Both the position numbers and the translations under genes were made by a program. This document shows, piece by piece, positions 25,891-38,361 of a DNA stretch of 64,000 nucleotides. Position 1 is the first letter of the stretch. Every line of letters begins with the position of its first letter. The notes under the pieces were generated by a model, which had not been told where the DNA came from, ran no database searches, and saw only the letters and a program-made list of their open reading frames with translations. The DNA is from Microbotryum violaceum (lineage: Eukaryota): contig CDLV01000013.1 in NCBI GenBank assembly GCA_001244265.2, positions 682,001 through 746,000 on the forward strand. Direction: 5' to 3'.

Positions 25891-28484
25891 ATGCTCGCCG
25901 CTTGTCGCCAACTACTGGCACCTCGTTCCTCCGTGATTCCAGCCTTGACCGCCGCCGCTCGACGACAAACCCTCTCGACCTCGTCCATCTCCAGGATGGC
26001 ACCCACCTCGAACCGAAAGGAAGACGCCAAGGTCGGACCCATGTGTGAGTGTCGAGGTGTGCGGCGAGCTTGCAGCGTTGAGGGCTTGGATGCCTCGGCT
26101 TGATTGGCGACAACTAACCGACCCACCGCGGACTTACACCACCCCACCACTCACAATAGACCGATTCGAAGCTAGCTTGCCTTCATTACCCGTCCCCAAG
26201 ATTGAAGAGACCGCCCAGCGCTACCTCGAATCGATCAAGCCGTTCCACATCGACCCGAACCCGCTGACGTCGACTGAACCGACCGAGTCGTTCCGAGCGA
26301 GCGAGAAGGCCGTCGCCGAGTTCGTCAGTTCGCCGCTCGTCAAGGAGCTGCAGCAACGTCTCGAGCAGCGCGCCGCCGAGCGACCGAGTTGGCTCAGCGA
26401 GTGGTGGAATGAGACCGCTTACTTTGGGTGGCGAGGACCGGTCGTACCTGGTCAGTCATGGCAGCGCAGCGCTTCTCCGGGCTCATCTGTCACCGGGAGC
26501 GATCGGGGTGATGTGATGCGGATTGGATCGCTCCATCCCCACGCGCCGTCTGTAAACCGAAAGCCGCGGCATATTAATTCCCACATGGTCTCGGCAACCG
26601 AGCACGATCGCTGATCATACCCATCCCATCTCACAGGCGTCAACTATTTTTTCACCCACCGAGATGACAAGAAGCGTCGTACTGGACCTGCACGTGCCGC
26701 TGGCCTCGTGAGGGCCCTGCTCTTCTTCCGCAGGCTGACCGAAACGTAAGTCCTCGACGACCCACTATGCGGCAAGTTCGAGTTCGTGCGCTCGTCAAAA
26801 TCTAATCTCCCCGCTGTGTGAATAGACAACAACTTGAACCCGAAATGGCTCGCAAGGCGCCGCTCTGCATGGCCTCGTACAAGTACCTCTTCAACGCGAC
26901 CCGTCTCCCAACCTCCCCCTCGGACAGCGCTCGCAAGTACGACCCCGATACCCACAACCACGTCGTCGTCATCCGTAAAAACAAGTTTTACGAGGTCCCT
27001 GTCGTTGATAGCAAGGGCGAGTTCTTGAGTGAGAAAGAGCTCGAGCTGTGAGTCTTCTCTCGGTTGGAAGACCCCCGGGCTGATTGATATCCTAAGTGCT
27101 GATAACCCCTTTTGGTGACCCTTCGTTCATCTCGCATCAGCCTGTTCAAAAAGGTCGTGGATCTTGCTGGCAAGGACGCCGCGGCACCCCCTGTTGGCGC
27201 CTTGACGACCGCCGATCGAGATGTTTGGACACAAGCACGAAAAGACATCGTTTCGCACGACCCCAAGAACGCCAAGTCGCTCGAGAGGATTGGCTCGGCG
27301 ATCATTATCGTCTCGCTCGACGAGAACAAGCCTGTCACGCGCGAAGAGATCAGTTGGGCTAATTGGGTTGGCGATGGCCAGAACAGGTGGTTTGACAAGC
27401 ATCAATGTGAGCAGCGAGTGATGGTCAGACATGGAGTTCATGCTCTCTTGGACTAGCATATCTGACCGAGGATTTCTCCTTGATAGTGATCGTCTACGAG
27501 AACGGTCGATCCGGGTTCAGCGCCGAGCACTCGTGCATGGACGGCACACCCACCTCGCGACTCAACGACTGGGTCTTGCGCTCGCTCGACAATGACAAGA
27601 TCGATCTCGGCCCGTCCACCCCTCGTGATGCCTCTTCCCTCCCCTCCGTTACCCCGATCGAGTTCTCCCTCCCCGCCAAGGTTCACACCGCGATCAACGA
27701 ATCGATCGCCGCTCACCAAGAGACGATGGCCAAGCACGAACTCGCGGTGATGCAATACGATGGGTTTGGATCGACGACGATCAAGTCGTGGAAGATCTCC
27801 CCCGATGCGGGTGCGCAATTGATTATGGGCTTGGCGCATTACAAGATGAACGGCACCTTCGCACCGACGTATGAGTCCGCCCAAACGCGCAAGTACAAGT
27901 TCGGACGAACGGAAGTCATTCGTTCGTTGACGACTGATGCGATCGCTTTCTACAAGTTGATGGAGAACCCCGAAGCGACGAACGCGCAACGCGTCGATGC
28001 GCTGAGGAAAGCTGCTGCGACGCACATCAAGCGAGCGGGTGAAGCCGCCGATGGTCAGGGTGTTGATCGTCATCTGTTTGGATTGAGGAAGTTGTTGAAG
28101 GAAGGGGAGAAGTTGCCGGCTTTGTACAAGGACCCAACGTTCGCTCAGTCCGGCAACTGGGTTTTGTCGACGTCGCAATTGGCTTCGGAGTACTTTGAAG
28201 GATGGGGTTACGGTGAAGGTGAGTAGTGGGTGGATCGGGAACCCAGCCGCTCGTCACGTGTCTGCTGGATCTGACTGTCCCAATACCACTTTCCCACAGT
28301 CGTTGATGAAGGGTACGGTCTCTCCTACGCCGTCAACGCCAACTCGCTGCGCTTCATCATCACCTCGATGAACAAGGGTGCGCAATCGCCGGCGCACTTG
28401 AGGGCCTACCTCGAAGAAGCCGCCGGTGACGTCCGAACAATGGTCGAGAAGGCCTCGGCTGGAGCAGAACAGGCTAAGTTGTAA
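25891..28484 (+). CDS. CAT2: Carnitine O-acetyltransferase with N-terminal mitochondrial presequence and C-terminal PTS1 (AKL)
   Basis: LPSLPVP, WLSEWW, PLCM, NRWFDK, EHSCMDGTP (catalytic His), TYESAQTRKYKFGRTE, GVDRHLFGL, LSTSQL; ends GCT AAG TTG TAA. Confidence 0.93.
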
Positions 28485-29104
28485 AGGTCAAGGAGAGCGA
28501 GTTATTTTTATGTCTGTTCTTTTCCCCCTTTGTTTCTTTCTAGACAGCCTCCGAAGGGTGTAGAGCTGTACGAGTAATCCCCCCGAACCCTCACTTCGAG
28601 TGGGTATTTAGACCCCCCAAAAAGTAAAGCCCGTGCAGTTTGGCAATAGATAGGCTCCGCACGTCACACAAGTACTACCTCTATATGATACGAGGTTGGT
28701 TGATCAGCAACCTTTCGTCAGCTCCTAGTGGTGGAGTTCCTCATCCAATTCACCGATCGTTCACGCAAAAGCACCCCAAAAGTCTCAGATCATCTGGACG
28801 GTGCAGTGTCGGAGGAGGGTACAGCCGAGGAGTCCTGGTGGGAAGCCTGTAATTTAGAAAGGGGCTGTCCTAGCGGCCACGGAGCGGCTGGCCTGAGGCG
28901 CGTCAGCGTGTTCGCGCTCGCGATCTCAAGCACACACATACGCGTCCATTTTGACCACCGCGCGCGAAACTAACGTGAGACACTGCAAATGGCGGTTCTG
29001 CTCTGGGCGCGCTCTTGACATCGGAACATCACACAAAGCTCTCGAGTCGTTGCTCTTGCTTCGGCTCTGCCCCTTCCATCACTTCGAGTCATATTCCCTC
29101 CAAA

Positions 29105-31150
29105 ATGGCTCCTGCCTCCAAGACCCCACCAACAACGCAGGATGTCTACCTCGATTGCGAATGCGACGCCGCGCTGGACAAGATGACGGCTGCGATCGCA
29201 AAGGCCAAGCGCGTCGTCGTCGCTGTCGGGGCTGGGATTTCGACCTCGGCTGGCGTACCGGTGAGTTGGATGGGTGGTGGAAGTGAAGGAAGACGTTTCT
29301 GAGCTGATTGCGGTCCTTTTGGTGAGTACAGGACTTCCGGACCAAGACTTCGGGGCTGTACGCACGTGCTGGCAACGGCAATGCCGCCGGTGGTGATGAT
29401 CACCAGCCTGATGATGGTCGAGCGCGACGAGCTGCGACTGGCACCGCTACGTCACCGACCAAGACAGCCTCAAAAGCGATCACGAAAAGAGCAGATTCCA
29501 ACTTGCTCAAAGGTCCAGCAATGTTCACTTCCTCGGTGTATATGGCCGTCTCGACGCGCACTGCACATTGGCAATTCATGACTCGGCTCAAGCGTTCAGT
29601 CGATCACATCGCCTCGGCCTCCATTCCGCCGAAATTGACCTCCTCTTCCACTGCTCTCCCCTCCTCACCTTCTCGCTCAACTCGAGCCAGCGCGGAGAAG
29701 CGTGAAAGGGGCGTGACGAAAACGCACGCTTTCTTCGATACGTTGCATCGACGCGGTCAACTTGGACGGGTCTATACCCAGAATATTGATGGGTTCGAAC
29801 TCACCTCGGGTCAACTCGAAGGAGTAGGCATCGAAGGCATTCGCGTCCAGGCCGACCACGTCGATTATTCTGAGAGGAGCTCAAAACCGAAAGGAAAGGG
29901 GAAGGCCAAGGCACAGGAATGGACGGGCGATGTCGTGCAACTGCATGGCTCGTTGGGCAGGGTCAAGTGCTCAAGTTGTGCTTGGGTCGGCGAATGGGAC
30001 GAGAGGCATTCAAACGCGTTCGAAAAGGGGATGAGTGTCGATTGCCCGGCTTGCGTCTCACAAGGTCAGTTGCCGTGTATTGCTTTCCGTTCGCTTAATC
30101 ATTATGGCGTGACTGACTCTGGAGTCGTCGCTGTGCCATCCACCAGCCGAACTGCGCGTGTGCGGCGGCAAACGAGCGCTCGTCCTGCGATCCTTTGTAC
30201 GCCCTTCCATCGTGCTCTACGACGAACGCTCTCCAGCCGAGCAATCAATCGGGTCCATCATCACTTGTGACCTATCCCGCAAACCTGACCTACTGATCGT
30301 CATGGGCACGACGCTCAAGATCCCCGGTTTCAAACGGCTCGTTGTGGACATGTCGAGGGAGGTGCGCAAGAATGGTGGGTTGGCGATTTTCGTCAATCGC
30401 GAGAAGAATGCGGCGGCGATGTGGAAGAAGGTGTTTGATTATCAAGGTACGTTGGGAGTCGAAGTCAAGTAATTATCGGAGTGATCGAGCTGATCCGACT
30501 CGATCCGAGCACGCGCACAGTCATCGGCTCGACGGACGATTTCGTCGATAGGCTCCTGAAACGATGGAAGCAGACTCGTCCGGCGGATTGGCAAAAACAA
30601 GCGACGCTCAACGATACATTCACTGTGGCGAAGCCATCCCAAGTCGTCGTTTCCAAGCCCGTACAGCCCGTGCCACCTATAACCTCGTCATGTGAGTCTG
30701 CTCACCGAGAGGACTCGACTTGCTTGGCCTTGCTGAGTCATCGAAGGTTGTCGTCTCACAGCTTCTAGCACCCGAACGCCTTGGCGCGACCCCAACTTTT
30801 CGCTCGGCGTTCCCGGTCCTGGTACACCGCCTTCCTCACCTCTCAAACGCAGGTCATCATGTAGTGATCGAACCAACTTACCGAGCATGGACAAGCTTCC
30901 GGAAACACCTTCCAAACGTCGATCGCCTCGAAAGCCACGGACCGAACAAGAACAAGAACAAGGACCCGCCTTCGACTTTGACTATGATCACCTCGACCAA
31001 CTCAGCAAGACTCGATACCCACGAATGGACCAAATCAGCGATCCTCCCTCGACGCCCTTCCGAATGCCTGTTTTATGTGTTCCCAAATCGCCTCCGACAC
31101 CGACGAGGAAAGTGTTGCCGAGATCGCCTAGAAGGGCTGTGGCGAGGTGA
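29105..31150 (+). CDS. NAD-dependent deacetylase, sirtuin of Hst3/Hst4 type
   Basis: GAGISTSAGVPDFR, RVYTQNIDG, VVQLHGSL, CxxC...CxxC, RPSIVLYDE, PDLLIVMGTTLKIPG. Confidence 0.88.
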
Positions 31151-31490
31151 AAGCTCTGGGAGAAAGGGTTTTGAGATTGCGAAGTTTTATGAAGCTTTTT
31201 GATTGCGTTTAGGATAATAGTCGGTTTTGCTAAACGTTGTGTGCCTGATGTTATGATGTAGTGGAGTGGTGGCCAGAAGAGTCGGGCGTGAGTCCGAGCT
31301 CAAAGTCGGTCAGCGAGCACCGCAATCAGCCGGATGTCGCGGGACGGCTTGGCCTTTCCGGGCCTTCCCCGTTCGTTCCATCGCACGATCCGGTCCGTCA
31401 TCGTCATCGGAGAGGACTCACGACACCTCGAGTTCGTTGTCGCGAAAACACGCTTTACTAGGACTGGTTACCAAGCTTGAACAAGGGCTC

Positions 31491-34400
31491 ATGGGTCGGG
31501 AAGTACCCGATGTGACGAGCTCAAGCCCGAAGCCACCCATCGCGGTCGCTGGCGCTCGATCATTCTCAACTCCCATTCCGACACCGATCGCCTCAACCTC
31601 GACCCAGTCCAACACGACCGCTGGCCCTTCTCAACGACCCTCTTTGAAGGGTCCACCTCGTCGTTCTTTCTCCGACGGTCCTCATACGGGGACGGAGCGG
31701 AACGGCCGACCAACCACAGAAGCTGCAACCGCCAGCGCATCCACCAACCCTTCTCAGCCAACGTCGATCGCCGCTGCCTCACCCTTCCTGCCCGAACATC
31801 TACGCCCTCACCAATTCATTATCCCCGCCCTGAATTCAGCCTCCCTCAACGCACCCAAAGCCGAAATCTCCAATACGTCGAATCATGGTTCTCCCTTTGA
31901 AGCCAAACATGTCGGTCCGGGTTGCTTGAGAAGGGTCTTTATTGGACCTCATCGAGCGGATGCGATCACGGGTCCTGCAGGGTCGGGTGGGGCCGCCGCG
32001 ATCATTTCTTCCCAAGGCTTGTTTGGCGCGAGAGCGGGCGCACAAGCTAATGGGAAGGGACGGGCCGAAGAGGAGGAGGATTCTTCGAGTAGTTCTTCTT
32101 CGGAAGATGGACTTTTTGATGATGAGGATGAGAGGTTGGAAGCGCGAAGGAGGAGGAAGGAGGAGAGGGCAAAGTGGAAGAAGAGGTTCGTATCAGGGAT
32201 CGAAATCGAGGATCCGACGATGAAGGGCAAGGAACGAATCAAGGGCAAGAGGATACCGACGGGGGAGACGATTAAAGGAGGGACGTTGAAACCGAGTGGA
32301 TCGAGGAAGAGCTCGATACATCAGTGGGTCGGTGGGAGTTTTGAGATTGGCGGGGATGTGAGGGCTGCGGCGAAACGGAGGGAGGAGAATAGGGCTAGGA
32401 CGTCGAGGTCGGTTTCGGCCGCCGTCAATGGGGATGGTGCACAGTCAACGGTACAGGCGGGAGCATCCAGGACTTTCGTTACGGCTAAGACGCACCAACC
32501 GACGACGATTGCGTTGCAGCCGTCTCTCGCGGTTGAAGATACTTTGCCGCCGCAAATCGCCCATGCTCTACTTCGAAGAACTTCGGACGAAGGACCGACC
32601 GAGACAGCGTCTCTTTTGGCCGTTCCAGCACCCGAATTTGAACCCACCGATCTCGGCGCCTCAAGGATCACTGGACCCGACACTAAAAGTATCCTCAAAC
32701 GCAGTCAAGCCCATGCTTCGCTGGGACACGGGCACCCTTCAATGAACGGGCAAACGTACAACGACTCTGCCCCACCCGACGAGTTCGGTCGACCGAGATC
32801 AACGAGATCAATGCCTATTCCTCCACCTGCGACTCGGAATGAGTCGACGATCAAGATCCGCTTTTCGCAGCCTTTGTTGGATCGGTCAGCGGGTCCGGGG
32901 GACGAGCCTCCTAGGCCTGTAGAGGAGGTGCTTGCTCGACCTGATGCTGCGGACCAACCCTCCGTTCAAGACACGGTTAACGAATATCGGGCAAAGCAGA
33001 GTCCCAAGAAACCTGGGAAGAACGACGTCCTTCGCCAAGAACGGATGTTGGTCCGAGTTGAGTGGACTGCAAGGGAGGATCTACCGAACGACTTTGATGA
33101 GAATGCCGCGCGCAAGTTCCCGACAAGTGGGGAGACGTGGGAGGAGTATGGGGTCGTGTGGAGACCGGGGAGGATCGAGTTGTGGAATGAATATGTACGT
33201 ATGTGTATGTGAAGGGGGTGCTAGAGGATTCCCTAATATGTACTGATCATTCCGTCATGATTACCCAGACGCTTAGTGCGACTTCGCTCTTTCTCGGACA
33301 CAAGAAGCTGGCGCACGTCATTCCACTCGCACCGGCACGGACAAAGCTTTCGCTATACTCGTCCGCAGACGTAATTTTCTGTCTGACACATCAACCGGAC
33401 GGATCGGGTCTCCTCGGTGGTGCGACCTCCCACATCATCGGCAAGAACGAAGACGAAGCCGCTCCTTCAGCTTCGAAAGCGACGCGCAATCGTTACATCC
33501 ATCGTCGACACGGGACCTACGTCTTCATCTTCCGAACGCGAGCGATGAGCGTCGCCAAAGAATGGATGTGGTTGCTCTACCGAGGGTTGGGTAAGACCTT
33601 ACCTGATCATCTCGAGATCACCGTCCCCGGGATAGGAGCCAAAATCCGTATGCCCATTCCTGGCGTCCTGCAAGACTCTGCCGAAGGCTCAGGCAAAGGC
33701 GCTCATTCTCGTCAAGCAGGTCTACACCTCATCGACGACGAGACCAAACTGTTGATGCGGCAATTCCAACCCCATCTCATCGTCGAGGCGTGTTTGGAAC
33801 AGTTGAAGAAGGTCAACGAATGGCAGTCCGTTTTGGCGGATCGGGATCCGAAGGACGTGAAGTTGTGTTGGAGACGAGGAAATGTGCTGGATTGGGTGAA
33901 TGTTTTTGGAAAAGGGGATGACGATTGGTCGCTTTTGTGTGGATTCAGTCTTCGACAGGTGAGTCCGCAGAGGAGGATTTGTTTCCTCAAGTTTAGGAGC
34001 TCACCTTGAGGCTCTCTCGGATACCCCTTCCGACAGCCCCACTTCGAGCCGACACTCGAACTCCGAGCCGCTCTTCACTACCCAACGACGGTCCGAGTTC
34101 CCGCGACGCCCGAAACCCCCTCTCATCGGCTAACCGAACCGCCCGCAATCGAAGGCTACGTCGCTCGTCTGCGTAAGAACTCGTCCGCCTCTGAACGCAT
34201 CTACCTCTCTTCGCACGACGGCCACCTCTTCGTCTGTTCCCCCTCTACCTGTCATCCCCCCGATCCCCCCGCCCCACCCGCCACTTTCACCCTCAATCCC
34301 GCCGTCATGGTGCTCGCTCCCTTCGCCCTAGGTTGGAGTTCCATCGCCGTCGGATCGGACAAAAAGCGTGAAAAGATCATCGATCGGGTCTACCATTCGG

Positions 34401-35704
34401 TCAGTGGTGCAAGTGGTGCCAATTTAGCCCACGAACGACGTAAGAAAGAACGAGCCTTACAAACGATCTTCGCGGAGAACGCGGACGAAGATTCGGATGT
34501 TTTGGAAGGGGATTGGGTCGCCAAGATGGAACTTTCCGAACGACGACGAGCGGTGCAACAGATTTTGGACGCTAAGGGGTATGTTAATCTGAGGGACGTG
34601 GAAAGGGTGGGAGGCGTCGATGATGCGGATGAGTACAAGGGGGATGAGTACGAAACGGCTGCGGATGATATAGGAGGGGAAGAGGGGATGGCTCTGGCGA
34701 AAGATCAAACCGTACTGGCCAAGAGAAGGACTTTCGTGATCGAGACGAAAAAGGGCGTCAAATTTTCGTTCGAATGTTATTCGATCGCCGTCAGGGATGA
34801 ATGGATAGGCCGGCTCAACGCTTTGGTGACGTATTGGACACGAAGGGAACGCGTTGACGCGATCGACCAAATGGAACTCCATCCATCATCCCCTTACCGA
34901 AGACAAGAAGTCATCGCTTGTCTAAGGAACAAGATCAAGAATCAAAACGGAGGCGCTGGGCTAGTGAACAAGGCGCCATTCCTCAACCCTTCCGGAAGTC
35001 GAACACTGGGATCGACGACGGCTGATGGGGATGCGACGTTGTTGAACAAGGCGTTCAATTGGTGCATCCTCGAAGGATGTAGATCGATCATCTTTTGTGG
35101 CAAGTTTTACGTCAAGAAAGGGTTGCGGGGTTTGTTCAAAGAACGGTATTTGGTTCTGTTGCCGGGGACGTTGATCGAGTGAGTCTGCACAAGAGGTGGG
35201 GTGAGGCGGTCACCAAAACAACTGAAACGGTCTCTTTGTCGGCTCAGATACCAAGCCCACGACCGTGACTTCCACGGTCAACTCACGGCTTCAAGTTACC
35301 ACTATCGCAAGAACGTCCTCTCCCTGCGCGACTGCTACGTCTACTCGGGTCGTCTGACGTACCCTCTCATGGCCATCTCCGTGGGTGACCCCACCGGTTC
35401 CTGGGATCCCGGAGATATCCAACATCGTTTCCCTCGCGTCTACACGAGTACGGACGGTCTTCGCGTCAATGACGAGGAAGAGGATTGTACGTTGGTCATC
35501 TTCAAACGCTCGACATCGGGGAAAAAGACCTCGTTCGGAAAAAAGGGGACGAGTTATCTGCTGAGGGCTAGGAGTCGGATCGAGAGAGATGAGTGTGTGT
35601 TTGCGTTGAATTCGGCCATTGAGAAGTTGAGGTACGCTGAAAGGGGCAGGGAGGAGAGGATGAAGAGTTTTCCTTGGTTGGATACGATGAAGAAGGGCAA
35701 GTAG
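31491..35704 (+). CDS. Spo71/Mug56-like multi-PH-domain protein
   Basis: ERMLVRVE..LPNDFDE..W.EYGVVWR; LELR...HYP; EP.PIEGY; RDEWIGRLNALVTYW; C-terminal PH-like strands ending RARSRIERD. Confidence 0.65.
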
Positions 35705-35940
35705 GAGCGGGCGGGGTCTTTGGGGTTGTCGAGATGGGCTTTCTCTCGAGGCTTAGTCGTTCGTTGCAAGGTGAATGCTGTAGATTGCCCACAAGATACA
35801 CACAGAGAGAAATGGTCCGATCATGCCTTGGGCTTCTTGGCTGTAAACCGAAGCGGATAAGGGAGGCCCGATCAGTAGTGCTCAGTCGTGCCTCCTGATG
35901 ATGACGGAAAGGCGAGCGGCCAGCAGCGCGCTTCGGTGAC

Positions 35941-36597
35941 TCACTGCCATACTTTGACCGACTGTTCATCCTGCCCGCGACGCCGGTCAAGTCCATCGCG
36001 CCTCGGATGATCTTGTACCTGTGTGTGAGTCGAACGCGGAGCGCTATATATCTCAGTTCGATGCATTCCATAACAGCGCGATGCGGGCCCCTCAACGCAC
36101 TTTGTCCCCGGTAAATCCTGGGTGCGACCCCCCTTGACGAGTACGACACTATGTTCCTGTAAATTATGACCTTCGCCGGGGATATAGGCGATGATGGCCC
36201 TGCCGTTGGATAGTTTGACTTTGGCGACTTTGCGTACGGCCGAGTTCGGCTTCTTGGGTTTGACGGTGTACACTTTCGAACAGACGCCTTTGCGTTGGTA
36301 GGCGCCTTGGAGCGCGGGCGTCGAGGTCGGTCGACGGATCGCTTTCCTTGCTCCGCGGGTGACTTGGTTGAGCGTGGCTTGCGGGGTCGGGGAGGTGGAA
36401 AAGGAGCGGGAAGTGGAGAGGGACCGGTACAGGTACGATGAGGTAGGGCAGGGGCGTCGGGTGGGAACGGGTCGGAGTAGAGAGTGGGAGTGGGAGAGGC
36501 ACTGGGACAGGGACAGGGAGGAAGTAGAGGCTGATGGTGTCGAGTGGAGGGATAGTCGTGTTAGGGAACCGGTCAGTGATCGTAGTACGCCTGCCAT
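35941..36597 (-). CDS. MRPS12: Mitochondrial ribosomal protein S12 (uS12m), two exons
   Basis: [58 protein letters not shown]. Confidence 0.95.
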   Translation of the reverse strand: MAGVLRSLTGSLTRLSLHSTPSASTSSLSLSQCLSHSHSLLRPVPTRRPCPTSSYLYRSLSTSRSFSTSPTPQATLNQVTRGARKAIRRPTSTPALQGAYQRKGVCSKVYTVKPKKPNSAVRKVAKVKLSNGRAIIAYIPGEGHNLQEHSVVLVKGGRTQDLPGTKCVEGPASRCYGMHRTEIYSAPRSTHTQVQDHPRRDGLDRRRGQDEQSVKVWQ

Positions 36598-36814
36598 GTT
36601 GCGGTTGGGTCAGAAAGGTGGGGTGAGAACACGAGGCAAGCTGGAGCCTGACGGAGCCGTGACGGAGCGTGATCGTTTCCGCGGTCTCGGGCGTCGGTTT
36701 GAGCTCGGACCGCTTCAACGACGCGCGTCACGCGAGGCGCTTGGACCTCTCTCTCTTAACCCACCCCTCAGACCCCTCACCTCGCCTCACCTCGCTCGCC
36801 TTGAAGGTCTCTTG

Positions 36815-38260
36815 ATGCCCCTCTTTTCGGCCGGCTCTAACTCGCGCGGTCAACTATCGCACCAAAATCTACTCGACGCCCACTCGTTCCAACTCTGTCA
36901 CTTTGCTAACCCCGCGACCAACTCGAACCTGATCGTGCATGATCTCGCGTTAGGCGCGAACCACACCCTTGCTCTATGTGCCTATGCCTCGACTTGCACT
37001 TCCGAGGAGAAAGAGGAGGTGGGAATGGAGCTTTGGGGATCTGGTTCGAATCAGAGAGGACAGTTGGGGCCTGGTGAGAACGGTCATAGGAACCAACCAG
37101 AGCTCACGACGAGCTTCGTTCGGATTTCTCTGGAGGGGTTGTTGGCGAACGTCGAGGAGGAAGAACGGCAAAGGCATGGAATAAGACCCCAACCTCCCCG
37201 GGACGACGAACAAGACGCGATTTGCGAAATCATTTCCATTGCGTGCGCTTGGGAAACCTCTTTCGTCCACATACGACGACGAAGCACAACCGACGAAAAT
37301 GTTGCTTCGTCCGACTTGATTCTCTCCTTCGGTGCGAACGATTGGAACGAAAGAGGAATACCGAGCCGCAGGCAATTCGAATCCGCACCCGTCAATATAA
37401 TCTCGTTCGATAACGAGTCGACGTCGAGTCTTTGCAGAATCACACAGCTTGTCAGTGGTCCTCGACACGTGCTGGCGATCGTCAAAGATTCGTCGACGAA
37501 ATCGAGTCAGAGTAGGATTTTTGGATGGGGTGCGAGTCGTCATGGGCAGTTAGGACGAGGTGGAGCGATTGGATCAGTTGGAGCTTTGACCACCAAACTG
37601 CCGAGTACGTTCGAACGACCTTGCGAGATCCAACTATCCGACCCATCAGACGACCGACCGATTGGCTCGACTCGTCGTCCCGTCGGGCTTGCGATGGGAC
37701 GAGATCATTCCATCATCCTGTTCGAGGAGGAATCTCCTCAAGCTTCCCAATCCGTCGTCTTGTTCGGAAGCAACAAGCAAAAACAACTCCACCTCTCCGA
37801 CGTTCCCTCAGTCGGAGAAAATCTGACCTGGGTATATCCACTCGACAAGGAAGTGACAAAAGTCTGCGCGACTTGGACCAGTTCGTTCTTCCTCTTCAAG
37901 GATGGGACGGTGCAAAGTTTTGGCTCGAATACCAAAGGTCAATTGGGCCGGCCTGATCCTTCGTTACCCGACAAGGAAGCGACTTCTACCTTCGTCAAGT
38001 TCCCCACCCCAAACGTGCCCCCACAAAAAGTCGACATCACTTCCCTCGCGACCGGCTCCGAGCACATCCTTGCAATCGATCGACATACGGGGGATGTCTA
38101 CGGTTGGGGATGGAACGAACATGGCAACTTGGGGCTGTTACATACCGAAGATGTCGGATTACCAGAGGTGGTGTGGTCCGCGCAGGACCGTGGCGAGGTT
38201 GGAAAGGTTTGGTGCGGGAATGCGACCTCCTTCATTTTTGTGGCTGAGGACCACAATTGA
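36815..38260 (+). CDS. RCC1/BLIP-II repeat protein (Ats1/SERGEF-like), intronless
   Basis: Repeated GSNxxGQLG / GWGWNEHGNLG units and GxxH-[ST] motifs. Confidence 0.85.
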   Translation: MPLFSAGSNSRGQLSHQNLLDAHSFQLCHFANPATNSNLIVHDLALGANHTLALCAYASTCTSEEKEEVGMELWGSGSNQRGQLGPGENGHRNQPELTTSFVRISLEGLLANVEEEERQRHGIRPQPPRDDEQDAICEIISIACAWETSFVHIRRRSTTDENVASSDLILSFGANDWNERGIPSRRQFESAPVNIISFDNESTSSLCRITQLVSGPRHVLAIVKDSSTKSSQSRIFGWGASRHGQLGRGGAIGSVGALTTKLPSTFERPCEIQLSDPSDDRPIGSTRRPVGLAMGRDHSIILFEEESPQASQSVVLFGSNKQKQLHLSDVPSVGENLTWVYPLDKEVTKVCATWTSSFFLFKDGTVQSFGSNTKGQLGRPDPSLPDKEATSTFVKFPTPNVPPQKVDITSLATGSEHILAIDRHTGDVYGWGWNEHGNLGLLHTEDVGLPEVVWSAQDRGEVGKVWCGNATSFIFVAEDHN

Positions 38261-38361
38261 CTGGGTGACCTTGATGTCAAGGTGTACAAAATTATAGTAC
38301 TCAAAACAACATGTTGTAAAAACACAAAGAGACAGACACAATCCTGCTCAAAATCCCAAGC

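Noticed and set aside
26496-26533. 9-bp inverted repeat GGAGCGATC/GATCGCTCC in a CAT2 intron as a C/D snoRNA
   Set aside because: No proper RTGATGA box C; a single hairpin is insufficient
5769-31150. Functional clustering (WSS1/SMC6/sirtuin; two circularly permuted GTPases; MCL with CAT2)
   Set aside because: Genes are interspersed with unrelated housekeeping genes; no evidence beyond chance
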